50,461 nucleotides of DNA from Pyrinomonadaceae bacterium (GCA_036567125.1 DATCVD010000807.1:1-50461); one strand, 5' to 3'. Shown: positions 1 to 8,634, counted from the stretch's first letter. Notes: generated from the sequence alone by a model not told the origin. Numbers and translations are program-made.

Positions 1-207
1 GTTCTTCAAGACATCGTAGAGCCAGGCGGCGTGGGTGCCCTCCTCGAAGGTGACCCCGACGCGCCCGCGCAGGCCCTTGAGGAAGTCGAGCACTGTCGCT
101 GCGCTCGTCGCGACGACCGACTCCATTACTAACTTACCCGCGGCGTTGATGACGGCGACGCAGATGCTTGCCTTATGCACGTCGAGTCCGACATAGTAGG
201 TGCTCAC
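1..207 (-). CDS. IS110-family transposase, N-terminal part (gene runs off the left window edge)
   Basis: Reverse complement of 1-207 reads GTG-STYYVGLDVHKASICVAVINAAGKLVMESVVATSAATVLDFLKGLRGRVGVTFEEGTHAAWLYDVLKN. YVGLDVHK is the N-terminal DEDD signature of IS110-family transposases. AAGGAG lies 7 nt upstream of the GTG at 205-207. Absent from the ORF track because it is truncated. Confidence 0.8.
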   Translation of the reverse strand, partial: MSTYYVGLDVHKASICVAVINAAGKLVMESVVATSAATVLDFLKGLRGRVGVTFEEGTHAAWLYDVLKN

Positions 208-381
208 AAGGGTTCTCCTTTCGGCGGTGACCTTCTAGGCTTCGACAACCCGGAAGCTACTACCAAAGGGGCGCCCTTTCATAATGCGTTGCGAAAAATA
301 TTTTGGCCACAATTAGTAGGGGCGAAGCATGGGGCGTCACCTCAATATCTGGCGTGGTTGGAAATTTTTTGCAACACTACC
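208..381 (-). other. Non-coding stretch between the IS110 transposase start and the IS6 fragment; it ends in an IS6-type terminal-repeat-like 15-mer
   Basis: No convincing ORF. The minus strand of 367-381 reads GGTAGTGTTGCAAAA, 12/14 identical to the IS26-type inverted repeat GGCACTGTTGCAAA as I remember it. A tight hairpin AAAGGG-CGC-CCCTTT occurs inside. The left end of the IS110 element must lie within this interval. Confidence 0.4.
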
Positions 382-665
382 CGTCCACGCGCCATGACGA
401 GCCGACCGGCCGGGCGTAGCGATTCCACCGCTTCTCGAACTCAGGGACGAAGCGTTGAACCCATCGCAGGATTGTTGTATGAGAGACTTCGACTCCTGCT
501 CAGTCATCATCTCGACCAAGTCTCGGTAACTGAGTTTGTAAGTGAGATACCTGCGGATACAGAGAATGATGATCGAGCGGTCGAAGTGGCGGCCATGAAA
601 TAAAGCGGGTGAGAGTGGACTCATGTCGCTGATTATTGACCAGCAGTAGCGTTTGCACCAGAGCC
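382..665 (-). pseudogene. IS6-family transposase remnant (frameshifted and 3'-truncated) with its left terminal repeat
   Basis: From the ATG at 624 the minus strand reads MSPLSPALFHGRHFDRSIIILCIRRYLTYKLSYRDLVEMMTE. After a 1-nt frameshift near 510 it continues AGVEVSHTTILRWVQRFVPEFEKRWNRYARPVGSSWRVDG and stops, where IS6 transposases continue WRVDETY. Terminal-repeat-like GGCTCTGGTGCAAAC is on the minus strand at 651-665. Confidence 0.75.
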
Positions 666-754
666 GTTCGTCGTAACCTCCTCCCCTTAACCTCCACCCG
701 CGCACCAACCATCTCGACTGGGCTAACCGCAGTAGATAGACGTGTCATTGACGA

Positions 755-789
755 TATGACTAAAATACGATATTAGTCTATTAGTCATA
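755..789. promoter_or_regulatory. Candidate TetR operator (inverted repeat overlapping the tetR-like start codon)
   Basis: TATGACTAA (755-763) and TTAGTCATA (781-789) are perfect reverse complements. A third TTAGTC half-site lies at 773-778. AT-rich island directly upstream of the TetR-family gene. Confidence 0.45.
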
Positions 790-1382
790 TGAGAACCATA
801 GCCGTTCGCGAAGACATCCGTGATCTGATCCTCGACGCGGCAGACCGTCTGCTCTCGCGCTACGGCTACCAGAAGATGACGATGGACGATCTGGCGCGCG
901 AGGTGGGGGTGGCGAAAGGGACCATCTACCTCCACTTCGCGGGCAAGGAGGAGGTCACCCTCTCGGTCGTCGACCGGATCGTCGAGCGGGCGAAGCGCGA
1001 GTTAGAGGCCATCTCCAAGAGTGACCGGGAGCCTGCAGCCCGACTGCGGCTGATGCTGATTGCGCGCGTCATGGTCCGCTTCGACAACGTGCGGCACTAC
1101 ACGGAGAACCTCGGGGATCTGTTGGCGGCGCTCAGGCCCGCGCTGCTCGCCCGACGCGCGCGCCATTTCGAGGAAGAGGCGCGGATCTTCGCCGTGGTGC
1201 TGAGGGAGGGGCAGCGCGCGGGGGTGTTTGTTCGGAGGGACGTGTCGGCGACGGCCCACGCACTCGTGCTGGCGACCAATTCCCTGCTGCCCTTCAACCT
1301 CAGCACCCGCGAACTCGGCGAGAGGGAAGACGTCGAGAGGCAGGCCGCTCGCATCGGGGATCTGTTTATAGACGGTCTGTGA
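789..1382 (+). CDS. TetR/AcrR-family transcriptional regulator
   Basis: N-terminal HTH LILDAADRLLSRYGYQKMTMDDLAREVGVAKGTIYLHFAGKEEV is the classic TetR_N signature; 197 aa. Confidence 0.9.
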   Translation: MRTIAVREDIRDLILDAADRLLSRYGYQKMTMDDLAREVGVAKGTIYLHFAGKEEVTLSVVDRIVERAKRELEAISKSDREPAARLRLMLIARVMVRFDNVRHYTENLGDLLAALRPALLARRARHFEEEARIFAVVLREGQRAGVFVRRDVSATAHALVLATNSLLPFNLSTRELGEREDVERQAARIGDLFIDGL

Positions 1383-1502
1383 GTGGCAGCGTCGGGATGT
1401 CGGCGGCGTCGAGGGGCGGCCGCGCCGCGGCGCGGCCGGAAATCATTCCCGATTTTTCAACCCCGACAACTAGGACTGACGCACAGCCGGGAGGCGATAG
1501 CG

Positions 1503-3227
1503 ATGGCGAAGTGTGGGCTCTTTTTACTGCTCTCCTTGTCGCTGGTGTCGGCGGCCCTCGCGCGGCAAACGGCGACCGCGGCCGACGGCACCCTGGCCAG
1601 CGAAGCGCTGAATAGGAAGGTCGATCAACTATTCGCAAACTGGGACAAGCCAGACTCGCCGGGCTGCGCGCTCGCGGTAATCAAAGGCGGGCAGGCCGTC
1701 TACCAAAGAAGTTACGGGGCCGCGAGCCTTGAGCACGGAGTCCCGATTTCGCCGACGACCGTGTTCGACACCGGCTCGATGTCGAAGCAGTTCACGGCCG
1801 TGATCGTCCTGATGTTGGCCGAGCAGGGCAAACTGTCGCTCGACGACGACATCAGGAAATACCTGCCGGAGATTCCGGACTACGGCAGCCCCGTCACTGT
1901 CCGCCACCTCCTCAACCACACGAGCGGGCTGCGCATCGACGACGAGCTGTTTAACCTGACCGACTGGCGCTTCGGCAACCTGATCACCAATCAGGACGTG
2001 CTCACCCTGATGTCGCGGCAGAAGGGCGTCAATTTCAGGCCGGGCGCGTACTTCGAGTATAACAACACGGGGTACGTGCTGCTGGCCGTCATCGCCAGCC
2101 GCGTCAGCGGCCAGTCGCTCAGGGAGTTCGCCGACGCCCACATCTTCCGCCCCCTCGGCATGACGCGCACGATATTCCGGGATAACCACCGGGTCGTGAT
2201 CAAGGGGTTGGCCCTAGCCTACCGGCCGGCAGGGGGCGGGGCGTTCCGACTCAACACGCCGGTCGGGGAGACGGTCGGCAACGGCGGGGTGTTCAGCACG
2301 GTCGGAGACCTCGCGCTCTGGGATCGTAATTTCTACGACCGGAAGGTGGGCGGCGACGCCCTCATCGAGCAGATGCTCACCCCCGGCCCGGAATTGTATA
2401 ACGGCGGGCGCTTCCGCTACGGATTCGGACTCTTCATCGGCAGCTACCGCGGGCTGAAGATAGTGGAGCACACCGGGGATCATTACGGCTACCACGCAGA
2501 CCTGCTCCGCTTCCCCGACCAGCGATTCTCCGTCATCTGCCTGTGCAACGCGGGCGACGCCGATCCGTGGACGCTGGCGAGGCAGGTCTCGAACATCTAT
2601 TTAGCCGGCGAGTTTAAACCCGCCGCGGCGAAGCCCTCCCCGGCCCATACCGGGGCGTCTGCCGGCGGCGGCGTCTCCGCGCAAGAGCTGACCCGGCTGG
2701 CGGGCCTGTATTTGGATCCGGAGACTGACAACCTCCGGCGGCTGTACGTGAAGGACGGCAAGCTAATGCTCTCCGGGTACAGGGTCGGGGGGCGCGATAA
2801 CGAATTGCAGCCGCTCGGCGGCGGCCGGTTCCTGATGCTCGGGATCGGGACGAGGGTCGAGCTGACCTTCGCGCCGGGGCGGCCGGGGGCGCGCCCCCGA
2901 ATGACGCTGGCCGCGGAGTGGCGCAAGCCGGTCGTCCACGAACGAGTCGAGCCGGTGTCGCCGGGCGCGGGCCGACTCGCGGAGTTTGCGGGGATATACT
3001 ACAGCGAAGAGTTGGACACGGCGTACCGCATCGTTTTGGAAGGCGGCAAAATAATACTGCGGGTGAAGAACTCGGCCGATAACCCGCTGGTCCCGCAGTT
3101 CAAAGACGCCTTCACGGACGCGCCGATGTCCCTCATCATCAGATTCACGCGCGACCGGAGTGGGCGGGTCAACGGCTTCTCGCTGAGTTCGGCCAACGCC
3201 AGAAAGCTGGGGGTCAGGAAGATTTGA
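1503..3227 (+). CDS. Secreted serine hydrolase of the beta-lactamase / penicillin-binding (class C-like) family
   Basis: SxxK motif in DTGSMSKQFTAV, then YNNTGY. Start moved to the ATG at 1503 (MAKCGLFLLLSLSLVSAALA signal peptide, GGGAGG about 9 nt upstream) instead of the track GTG at 1383. Confidence 0.8.
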   Translation: MAKCGLFLLLSLSLVSAALARQTATAADGTLASEALNRKVDQLFANWDKPDSPGCALAVIKGGQAVYQRSYGAASLEHGVPISPTTVFDTGSMSKQFTAVIVLMLAEQGKLSLDDDIRKYLPEIPDYGSPVTVRHLLNHTSGLRIDDELFNLTDWRFGNLITNQDVLTLMSRQKGVNFRPGAYFEYNNTGYVLLAVIASRVSGQSLREFADAHIFRPLGMTRTIFRDNHRVVIKGLALAYRPAGGGAFRLNTPVGETVGNGGVFSTVGDLALWDRNFYDRKVGGDALIEQMLTPGPELYNGGRFRYGFGLFIGSYRGLKIVEHTGDHYGYHADLLRFPDQRFSVICLCNAGDADPWTLARQVSNIYLAGEFKPAAAKPSPAHTGASAGGGVSAQELTRLAGLYLDPETDNLRRLYVKDGKLMLSGYRVGGRDNELQPLGGGRFLMLGIGTRVELTFAPGRPGARPRMTLAAEWRKPVVHERVEPVSPGAGRLAEFAGIYYSEELDTAYRIVLEGGKIILRVKNSADNPLVPQFKDAFTDAPMSLIIRFTRDRSGRVNGFSLSSANARKLGVRKI

Positions 3228-3382
3228 CGGCGGAAGCGAATCTCGCGGCTCAGGACGAACACGGAGAAGCAATGGATCAAAGGACGGGAGAGAAGTTGCA
3301 CGTCGACTCGACAGCGCGTGGTTCGATACCGTCAACCAGTTCCACGTGATCGACGCGCGTGAGACCCTCACGTTCAGCACCA

Positions 3383-3427
3383 GAGAGTGCGTGCCACCCA
3401 ATGGCCGGCACGCACTCTCGCTTTTTG
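3383..3427 (+). terminator. Rho-independent terminator after the serine hydrolase gene
   Basis: 13-bp perfect stem GAGAGTGCGTGCC (3383-3395) / GGCACGCACTCTC (3407-3419), followed by T-run 3422-3426. Confidence 0.7.
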
Positions 3428-3469
3428 CGCTCGCTAAGCCTCCGGACGAGGGAATTTTTGCCGCGGAAC

Positions 3470-3510
3470 CGGAAAAGAAGAGTGGCCCGCCTTAGGAGAC
3501 GGGCCACTCT
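3470..3510 (-). terminator. Rho-independent terminator after the large pectin methylesterase gene
   Basis: 11-bp stem AGAGTGGCCCG (3479-3489) / CGGGCCACTCT (3500-3510). On the minus strand it is followed by TCTTTTCC. Confidence 0.65.
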
Positions 3511-3564
3511 CGTATGCCGGGACTGACGGTCGCGAGTCCCTATTCCCCGTCGCGACCGCCGCCC

Positions 3565-6500
3565 TTAGCGGACGGTGACGGTGACGGTCTTGGTCGAGGC
3601 GTTGCCGGCGTCGTCGCGGCTCTCGACCGTGACGGTGTAGACGCGGCTCGCCTTACCGCTGCGCTCGGCGCGCAGCTGAAGCGTCAGAGCCCCGGTGATC
3701 TGCCAGTCGCCCGTCACGTCCTCGCTGCCCGTGACGGAGACGATGCGCGTCGTCGGCGTCGAGTCAACCGCGTCGGCCACGCCGGCCGTGATGGTCACCG
3801 GCGTCATCTTGTTGTTGGCCTTGGTGATGACGCTCGGCGAGGCCACGAGGCTCTGGATGACCGGGGCCGTCGTGTCGCGCACCGTGACGTTGAACGTGCC
3901 CGTGGCCGTCGCGCCCTTCGAGTCGAACGCCGTGGCGGTGACGGTCGTCGTGCCGAGCGGGAACGTGCTGCTTGAGTTGTGGCTCAGGCTGACGGGCAAC
4001 TGTCCTTCTTCGGCGTCCGTCGCCGAAGCCGCGAAGTTGACTACCGCGCCGGCCGCGCTCGTCGCCTCGACCGTGATGTCCGCGGGAAGCGTCAGCACGG
4101 GCGTTGTGTTCGGCGCCTCGCTGATCGTCAGCCTGCCGGAGGCCGTGCCCTGGTAGTTCGGGTCGTTGACGGTCGCGACGACCGCGTACGTGCCAGGCTC
4201 GGTCGGGGCCGCGGCCACGCCGTTGTAAGTCACCTCGACGCCGACGCCCGCAGGGTCGGTCACGACGTTCGCCGACTTCGGCGCGCCGTCGTAGGTGTAG
4301 ACGGGGCTGTCAACCGTGACGGCGGCGGCCGCCTTCTCGATGACGAGCGTGCCGGTGGCCGTGCCCGTGTAGCCCGGCTCGGTGATGGTCGCGACGACCT
4401 CGTAGGAGCCGGCGGCGACGGGCGGCTCGGCGTTGCCGTTGTAGGTGACCTCGACGGCGAGGTTCGCAGGCTCCGTGATGACCGAGGCCGCGACGGGCTG
4501 ACCCGTGTAGGTCTGGTTCAGGCCCGCGAGCGAGACGGTCGAAGTCCCGAGATCAGGCTCCCAGCCGCCGAGGACGTTGGCCGGGTTGCGCCAGAAGTCG
4601 GCCTCCTCCGTCGTGATCTGCCGCGAGATCGGGTGGCGCTGGCTGGTGTCAACGGCGTTCCCCGCCTCGTCGCGCGAGTTGTACTCCCAGAAGCGGACGT
4701 TCGGGTAGCCGGCCTGCGTGAGCGGGGCCGTGAAGCCGTCGCGCGCGTTGTCGTCCAGACGCCACGCGTCAGGCCGGACGTGCGCGCCCAGAACAGAGTC
4801 GATCAGGACGACCTGCGAGTGGGGGAACTGGTCGGGGTCGATTCGCGTCAGGTACGCGCCGGTAACATTGGGCGCGGCCGTGAAGCGCGAGTTGACGAAG
4901 ACGTAGCCGTTCTTCCCGGCGCCGTTCCTGATCTGCGTGTAGTAGGCGTTCGAGTTGACCATCCTCAGCTCGCTGTTGCGGAAGTAGACGGCCCCCGTGC
5001 CCCACAGGAAGTCGATGTCGCCCTCGATGTAGCTCTCGTTGACGAAGCCGCCCTGATTGGTCTGGCTCTGAAGGAGCAGCGTGTCCTGGAAGCTCTTGAG
5101 GTTGACGCGGTTCAGGAGGATGCGGTCGTTGTTGCCGCGGAACGCCTCACTCTGGCGCGTGCGGTTCTCGCTGTTGAAGCGCGTGGTCGTGTTGACGACG
5201 GTGACGTTCTCCAGCGTGAAGTCGGGCGCGTCCACGCCGAAGGCGGCGCGCGGGCTGGAACCCGTGTTCAGGTTCTCGTTGTTCGCGTACTGGATGATGC
5301 TCTCGTTGCGATCCTCGCCGCGGACGGTGACGAAACGCTTGTTCGAGCGCACGTAGACGATCTCGGTGTAGGTGCCGCGGCGGACGTTGATCACCACGGG
5401 CTGCGCGTTGTTCACGGGGACGAAGTCGATAGCGCCCTGCACGGTCGAGAAGTCGCCCGTGCCGTCGGCCGCGACGACCAGCTCGGTCGCGCCGACCGCG
5501 GGGCCGCTCTGCTTCGTGGAGAACGTCCACGCGGCGGGGTCGGAGACGCCGACGAAGGGGGCGCCGCCCGCGTCGGTGATCGCGCCCGGCTCGACCGTGA
5601 CGTAGTAGGTCTGGCCGTAGGCGAGGTTGGTTTTCGTGTAAATCCGCGCGCTGTTGCCCTCGACGATGACGGGGTGGTAGTTGAACTGCCACGAAGAGCC
5701 GCCGATGGAGCGGGCCGACTGGGGCCCCGGCGCGTGGATGCCGGTGTTGGCGTCGATGCCGAGATCGACCGTGTCGACGAGCGAGTTGTCGGCCGCGTTG
5801 TAGACGCGAATCTTGCCGCCCGTGCCGGCCTTCGGCGTCTGGTCGAAAGTGATGACGAGCGGAGCGTCGATGTTGACGCCCGCGGCGTTCGCGGCCGGGC
5901 CGAAGCCGGTGGCCTGCATCGCGGAGACGACGAGCAGGCGCGCGGGCGTGCTCGCGGCGCTGCCGCCTGAGTTGGTCACGACCACGTGGTAGCTGCCCGC
6001 GTCGGCGACCTGCGCCGAGGCGAAATCGAGCGACTGGTTCGTCGCGCCGGAGATGAGCGCGCCGTTCTTGTACCACTGGTAGAAGAGGCCTTCGCCGGAG
6101 GCTTCGACGTAAAGGCTCGCGGGGCCGCCGACCGTGACGGTCGTGTCGGCCGGGTTCGTGGTGACGGCCGGCGGGGGCGCGACCTGCCCGTCCGTGACCG
6201 TCAGGCTGACCGGCGTGCTGGTCGTGCTGCCGCCGGGGTTCGAGACCACCGCCGTGTAAGTGCCCGTGTCGGAGATCTGCGCGTTCGTAATGTTGAGCAC
6301 CGGGGTGGCGGCCGAGGCGTTGCCGGCGACGGCCGCGCCGTTCTTGTGCCACTGGTAAGAGAGCTGGTTGCCGCTGGCGGCGACGGACATCTGCACGTTG
6401 CTGCCGACCTGCACCGTCAGGTTCGAGGGCTGCGGCTGCGCGGTGATGACGGGCGCGGCCGGCGTGTAGTCGGCCGACCAGTTCGTGAACTGAACGTCGG

Positions 6501-7302
6501 AGGCAAAGCCGTTCGGGACGCGGAAGCCGAACCAGTCGAAGGTCGTCGCCGGCGTGGCGCTCGTCTCCGTGGCAGTTGAACTCAGGTTGAACGTGCCGCC
6601 GTCGGTCATCGTCACCGTGATCTTAGTCTCGGTCGAAGACACGCGCTCCACGGTGAAGGTAAACGTGTAAGGAGTGTTGTTGGCGAGCGGCGCGCGCGCG
6701 GAGCCGCCCGTGACCGTAACGGCCGTGTATTCCGCGACGGTCGTGCTCGTGACGTTGGCGAGCGGGTCGGTCGCCGTCGGGGTCGTGCGGCGGTGGACGG
6801 TGAAGGGGGGCGTGCCGCCGGTCGTGCCCGACAGGCGCGCGGCGTAGCCGGGGTCGTCCGCGAAGGTCGGGCTGTTGATGCCGCCCGTCGTGTTCGCGGT
6901 CGTGCGCGTGCCTTTCGAATCGAAGGCGCCGAAGCGGAGATCCGCGCCGAGGTTCGTCGCGTTGATGTTCTGCACGGCGAAGCGCGCGGAGAGCGACAAT
7001 TTGTCGCCCACGCCGAGCGTGACCGGCGAGCCGTCGGTGAAGAAGCCCCAGAAGCCCTCGGAGCCCCCGGCGGCGGCGATGTTGAAGTTGACCGAGCCGG
7101 CCGCGTCGGTGCGGACGGTTCCGGCGCGCCCGTTGAAGATGCGCACCGAGTTGTTCGAGATTTGCTGGTTCTGGCTGTTCGCGTCGGCGAACGTGTCGTT
7201 GACGAGGCTCGCGGCCGCCGCGACCGTCTGCAACAGCATGGTGAAGACGACGGCGAGCGCGAGCTGCTTGTTGAACTTCTTGAGCGTTACTAGTGCTTTC
7301 AT
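3565..7302 (-). CDS. Large secreted multidomain pectin methylesterase (CE8 catalytic domain plus Ig-like, MBG and HYR modules)
   Basis: 1245 aa with a signal peptide. Order of modules: unassigned N-terminal module of about 250 aa; two Ig-like repeats (YQWHKNG.. / YQWYKNG.., ..DTGTYTAVVSN / DAGSYHVVVTN); CE8 core (GTGDFSTVQGAI, QSEAF, FQDTLL, GDIDFLWG); two MBG-type repeats (LNQTYTGQP..VTYNG..GSY); HYR-like domain (ITVEATSAAGAVVNF..); C-terminal Ig-like domain. Confidence 0.85.
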   Translation of the reverse strand: MKALVTLKKFNKQLALAVVFTMLLQTVAAAASLVNDTFADANSQNQQISNNSVRIFNGRAGTVRTDAAGSVNFNIAAAGGSEGFWGFFTDGSPVTLGVGDKLSLSARFAVQNINATNLGADLRFGAFDSKGTRTTANTTGGINSPTFADDPGYAARLSGTTGGTPPFTVHRRTTPTATDPLANVTSTTVAEYTAVTVTGGSARAPLANNTPYTFTFTVERVSSTETKITVTMTDGGTFNLSSTATETSATPATTFDWFGFRVPNGFASDVQFTNWSADYTPAAPVITAQPQPSNLTVQVGSNVQMSVAASGNQLSYQWHKNGAAVAGNASAATPVLNITNAQISDTGTYTAVVSNPGGSTTSTPVSLTVTDGQVAPPPAVTTNPADTTVTVGGPASLYVEASGEGLFYQWYKNGALISGATNQSLDFASAQVADAGSYHVVVTNSGGSAASTPARLLVVSAMQATGFGPAANAAGVNIDAPLVITFDQTPKAGTGGKIRVYNAADNSLVDTVDLGIDANTGIHAPGPQSARSIGGSSWQFNYHPVIVEGNSARIYTKTNLAYGQTYYVTVEPGAITDAGGAPFVGVSDPAAWTFSTKQSGPAVGATELVVAADGTGDFSTVQGAIDFVPVNNAQPVVINVRRGTYTEIVYVRSNKRFVTVRGEDRNESIIQYANNENLNTGSSPRAAFGVDAPDFTLENVTVVNTTTRFNSENRTRQSEAFRGNNDRILLNRVNLKSFQDTLLLQSQTNQGGFVNESYIEGDIDFLWGTGAVYFRNSELRMVNSNAYYTQIRNGAGKNGYVFVNSRFTAAPNVTGAYLTRIDPDQFPHSQVVLIDSVLGAHVRPDAWRLDDNARDGFTAPLTQAGYPNVRFWEYNSRDEAGNAVDTSQRHPISRQITTEEADFWRNPANVLGGWEPDLGTSTVSLAGLNQTYTGQPVAASVITEPANLAVEVTYNGNAEPPVAAGSYEVVATITEPGYTGTATGTLVIEKAAAAVTVDSPVYTYDGAPKSANVVTDPAGVGVEVTYNGVAAAPTEPGTYAVVATVNDPNYQGTASGRLTISEAPNTTPVLTLPADITVEATSAAGAVVNFAASATDAEEGQLPVSLSHNSSSTFPLGTTTVTATAFDSKGATATGTFNVTVRDTTAPVIQSLVASPSVITKANNKMTPVTITAGVADAVDSTPTTRIVSVTGSEDVTGDWQITGALTLQLRAERSGKASRVYTVTVESRDDAGNASTKTVTVTVR

Positions 7303-7540
7303 ACTTGGTGACGAGTCTCCGTTAATTTATGAGTTTCGGGGCCGGGTGAACTGATTTTTTAGAGCACCCTTAAGATGAATGGATTATGCCCTTTGGGGTC
7401 TCGAAAGCCTTTGTCGATACGGAGAATTATTTCTTTGCGGATTCAGCAAGAAAGGGCCGGACGGCTGTTAAGCGTGGGTAGATGAGACGGCATTTTAGCC
7501 GGAGAATCAAGCGATTGGACTATTCGGAAAGGGCGTTTTG

Positions 7541-7570
7541 GCGTATCCGGCAGCGTATGCGTATTCGGCA
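7541..7570. promoter_or_regulatory. Direct repeats upstream of the large methylesterase gene (possible AraC-type site)
   Basis: GCGTATCCGGCA (7541-7552), GCGTAT (7553-7558), GCGTATTCGGCA (7559-7570). A further TATTCGG at 7521-7527. Lies between the AraC gene stop (7610) and the methylesterase start (7302). Confidence 0.3.
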
Positions 7571-7609
7571 AATCGAGGAGGTAAGGGACGGCCGCACGGT
7601 GCGCGCCGT

Positions 7610-8512
7610 CTACGCGGCCTGTGAGCTTTGCGCGTCGTGCTTGCGGCCGGCGATGAACTGCTTCGGTGTCGCGCCGGTGAACTTTTTGAAGACCCGATAA
7701 AAGTGGGTCAGGTCGCCGAAGCCGGCCTCGACCGAGGCGAACAGGATGTCGTCGGTTTCGAGCATCAGCCGCTTGGCGTACTCGATCCTGCGCTCCGTGA
7801 GGTACTGAGTGACGGTCCTGCCCGTCCGCCGCTTGAACTGCTCGGTGTAGCTGCGGTAGGACATGTTGGCGAGGTCGGCCAGCTCCTCGATCTTGATCGG
7901 GCGGTAGAAGTTGTCGTCGAGGTATTGCAGGCTCCCGGTGAAGGCCGCCGCGCCCGCGTCGGTCGGCGACAACTCGCGGTGCTCGGCGTAGGTGCGCGCG
8001 ACGAAGACGAGCAGCTCTATCAACTGCGCGAGGATGACCGGCCGGCTCCCCTCTTTCTGCTGCGTCTGCTCGACGAAAAGCGCCCGCAGCCTGTTCCTCA
8101 CCTCAAGCCGCGTGTAGTTGTCGGCGACCTTGAAGGGCACGAAGGCTGGGAAGATGCGGCGGAACAGTTGCAAGCTCTCGGCCGCCGAGGTGCAGTCGCC
8201 GAAGACGTTCTCGTAGAAGCAGAGGATGATGAGGGTCAGCGGATCGTCGCGGTCGTCCACGGGCCGGTGCGCGCTGCGCTCCGGGACGTAGATCATCTGA
8301 TTCTCGCGGATCGGTATCTTCTCCCGCTCGGTCTCGATGAAGCCCCGCCCTTCGCGCACCACATACAGGTGGTGGTAGTCGGGCGCGTGTAAGTCCATCG
8401 AGAAGTCGGGGCTGTGGCGACTCTCGAAGATGTAGATGCCCCGGTCGCCGAAACGAACCTGGTGCGGCTTCTTTCGCGTGCGCTTCGACTCCATCCTCAC
8501 ACCCGTGATCAT
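7610..8512 (-). CDS. AraC/XylS-family transcriptional regulator (cupin sensor plus C-terminal HTH pair)
   Basis: C-terminus IEELADLANMSYRSYTEQFKRRTGRTVTQYLTERRIEYAKRLMLETDDILFASVEAGFGDLTHFYRVFKKFTGATPKQF is a typical HTH_18/AraC region. An alternative start at M7 (8494) is possible. Confidence 0.85.
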   Translation of the reverse strand: MITGVRMESKRTRKKPHQVRFGDRGIYIFESRHSPDFSMDLHAPDYHHLYVVREGRGFIETEREKIPIRENQMIYVPERSAHRPVDDRDDPLTLIILCFYENVFGDCTSAAESLQLFRRIFPAFVPFKVADNYTRLEVRNRLRALFVEQTQQKEGSRPVILAQLIELLVFVARTYAEHRELSPTDAGAAAFTGSLQYLDDNFYRPIKIEELADLANMSYRSYTEQFKRRTGRTVTQYLTERRIEYAKRLMLETDDILFASVEAGFGDLTHFYRVFKKFTGATPKQFIAGRKHDAQSSQAA

Positions 8513-8588
8513 CTATTTCGTGTGCTCACTAGGTTAGCGACCGGCCGCGCGGGCCGTCAAGAAGTGCGGCCGCCCGTGTTCGTGTCAG

Positions 8589-8629
8589 GCGCGTCGGCGG
8601 GGCGTCCCGATGACGCCCCGCCGACGCGC
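8589..8629 (-). terminator. Very strong GC hairpin just downstream of the PL1 gene stop (no U-tract)
   Basis: 18-bp perfect stem GCGCGTCGGCGGGGCGTC (8589-8606) / GACGCCCCGCCGACGCGC (8612-8629) with a 5-nt loop. It starts 6 nt after the stop codon at 8635-8637. Confidence 0.5.
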
Positions 8630-8634
8630 GCGGG

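Noticed and set aside
367-381. Treating GGTAGTGTTGCAAAA as the left terminus of the IS110 element. The other IS110-family element in the window also begins GTAG.
   Set aside because: A 12/14 match to the IS26-type terminal repeat, placed exactly where the IS6 transposase homology breaks, is better explained as the end of a second IS6-family element. The IS110 left end is then somewhere within 208-366 and cannot be fixed from this window.
1383-1502. GTG start at 1383 for the beta-lactamase-family gene.
   Set aside because: The first 40 residues are Arg-rich (AASGCRRRRGAAAPRRGRK..). The ATG at 1503 gives a clean signal peptide and has a GGGAGG ribosome-binding site.
3979-5970. Long ORFs antisense to real genes (for example 3979..5970 +, 5147..6352 -, 37981..40884 + at 967 aa, 30023..31069 -, 24952..26118 -, 32287..33570 +).
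   Set aside because: Their translations are Arg/Gly/Ala/Asp/Val-rich low-complexity strings with no recognisable motifs. They lie opposite CDSs with clear family signatures. This is the typical open-frame artefact of high-GC DNA.
7482-7700. The 72-aa ORF on the plus strand at the 3' end of the AraC gene.
   Set aside because: It overlaps the AraC coding region and the intergenic repeats, and has no motif or ribosome-binding site. It is likely spurious.
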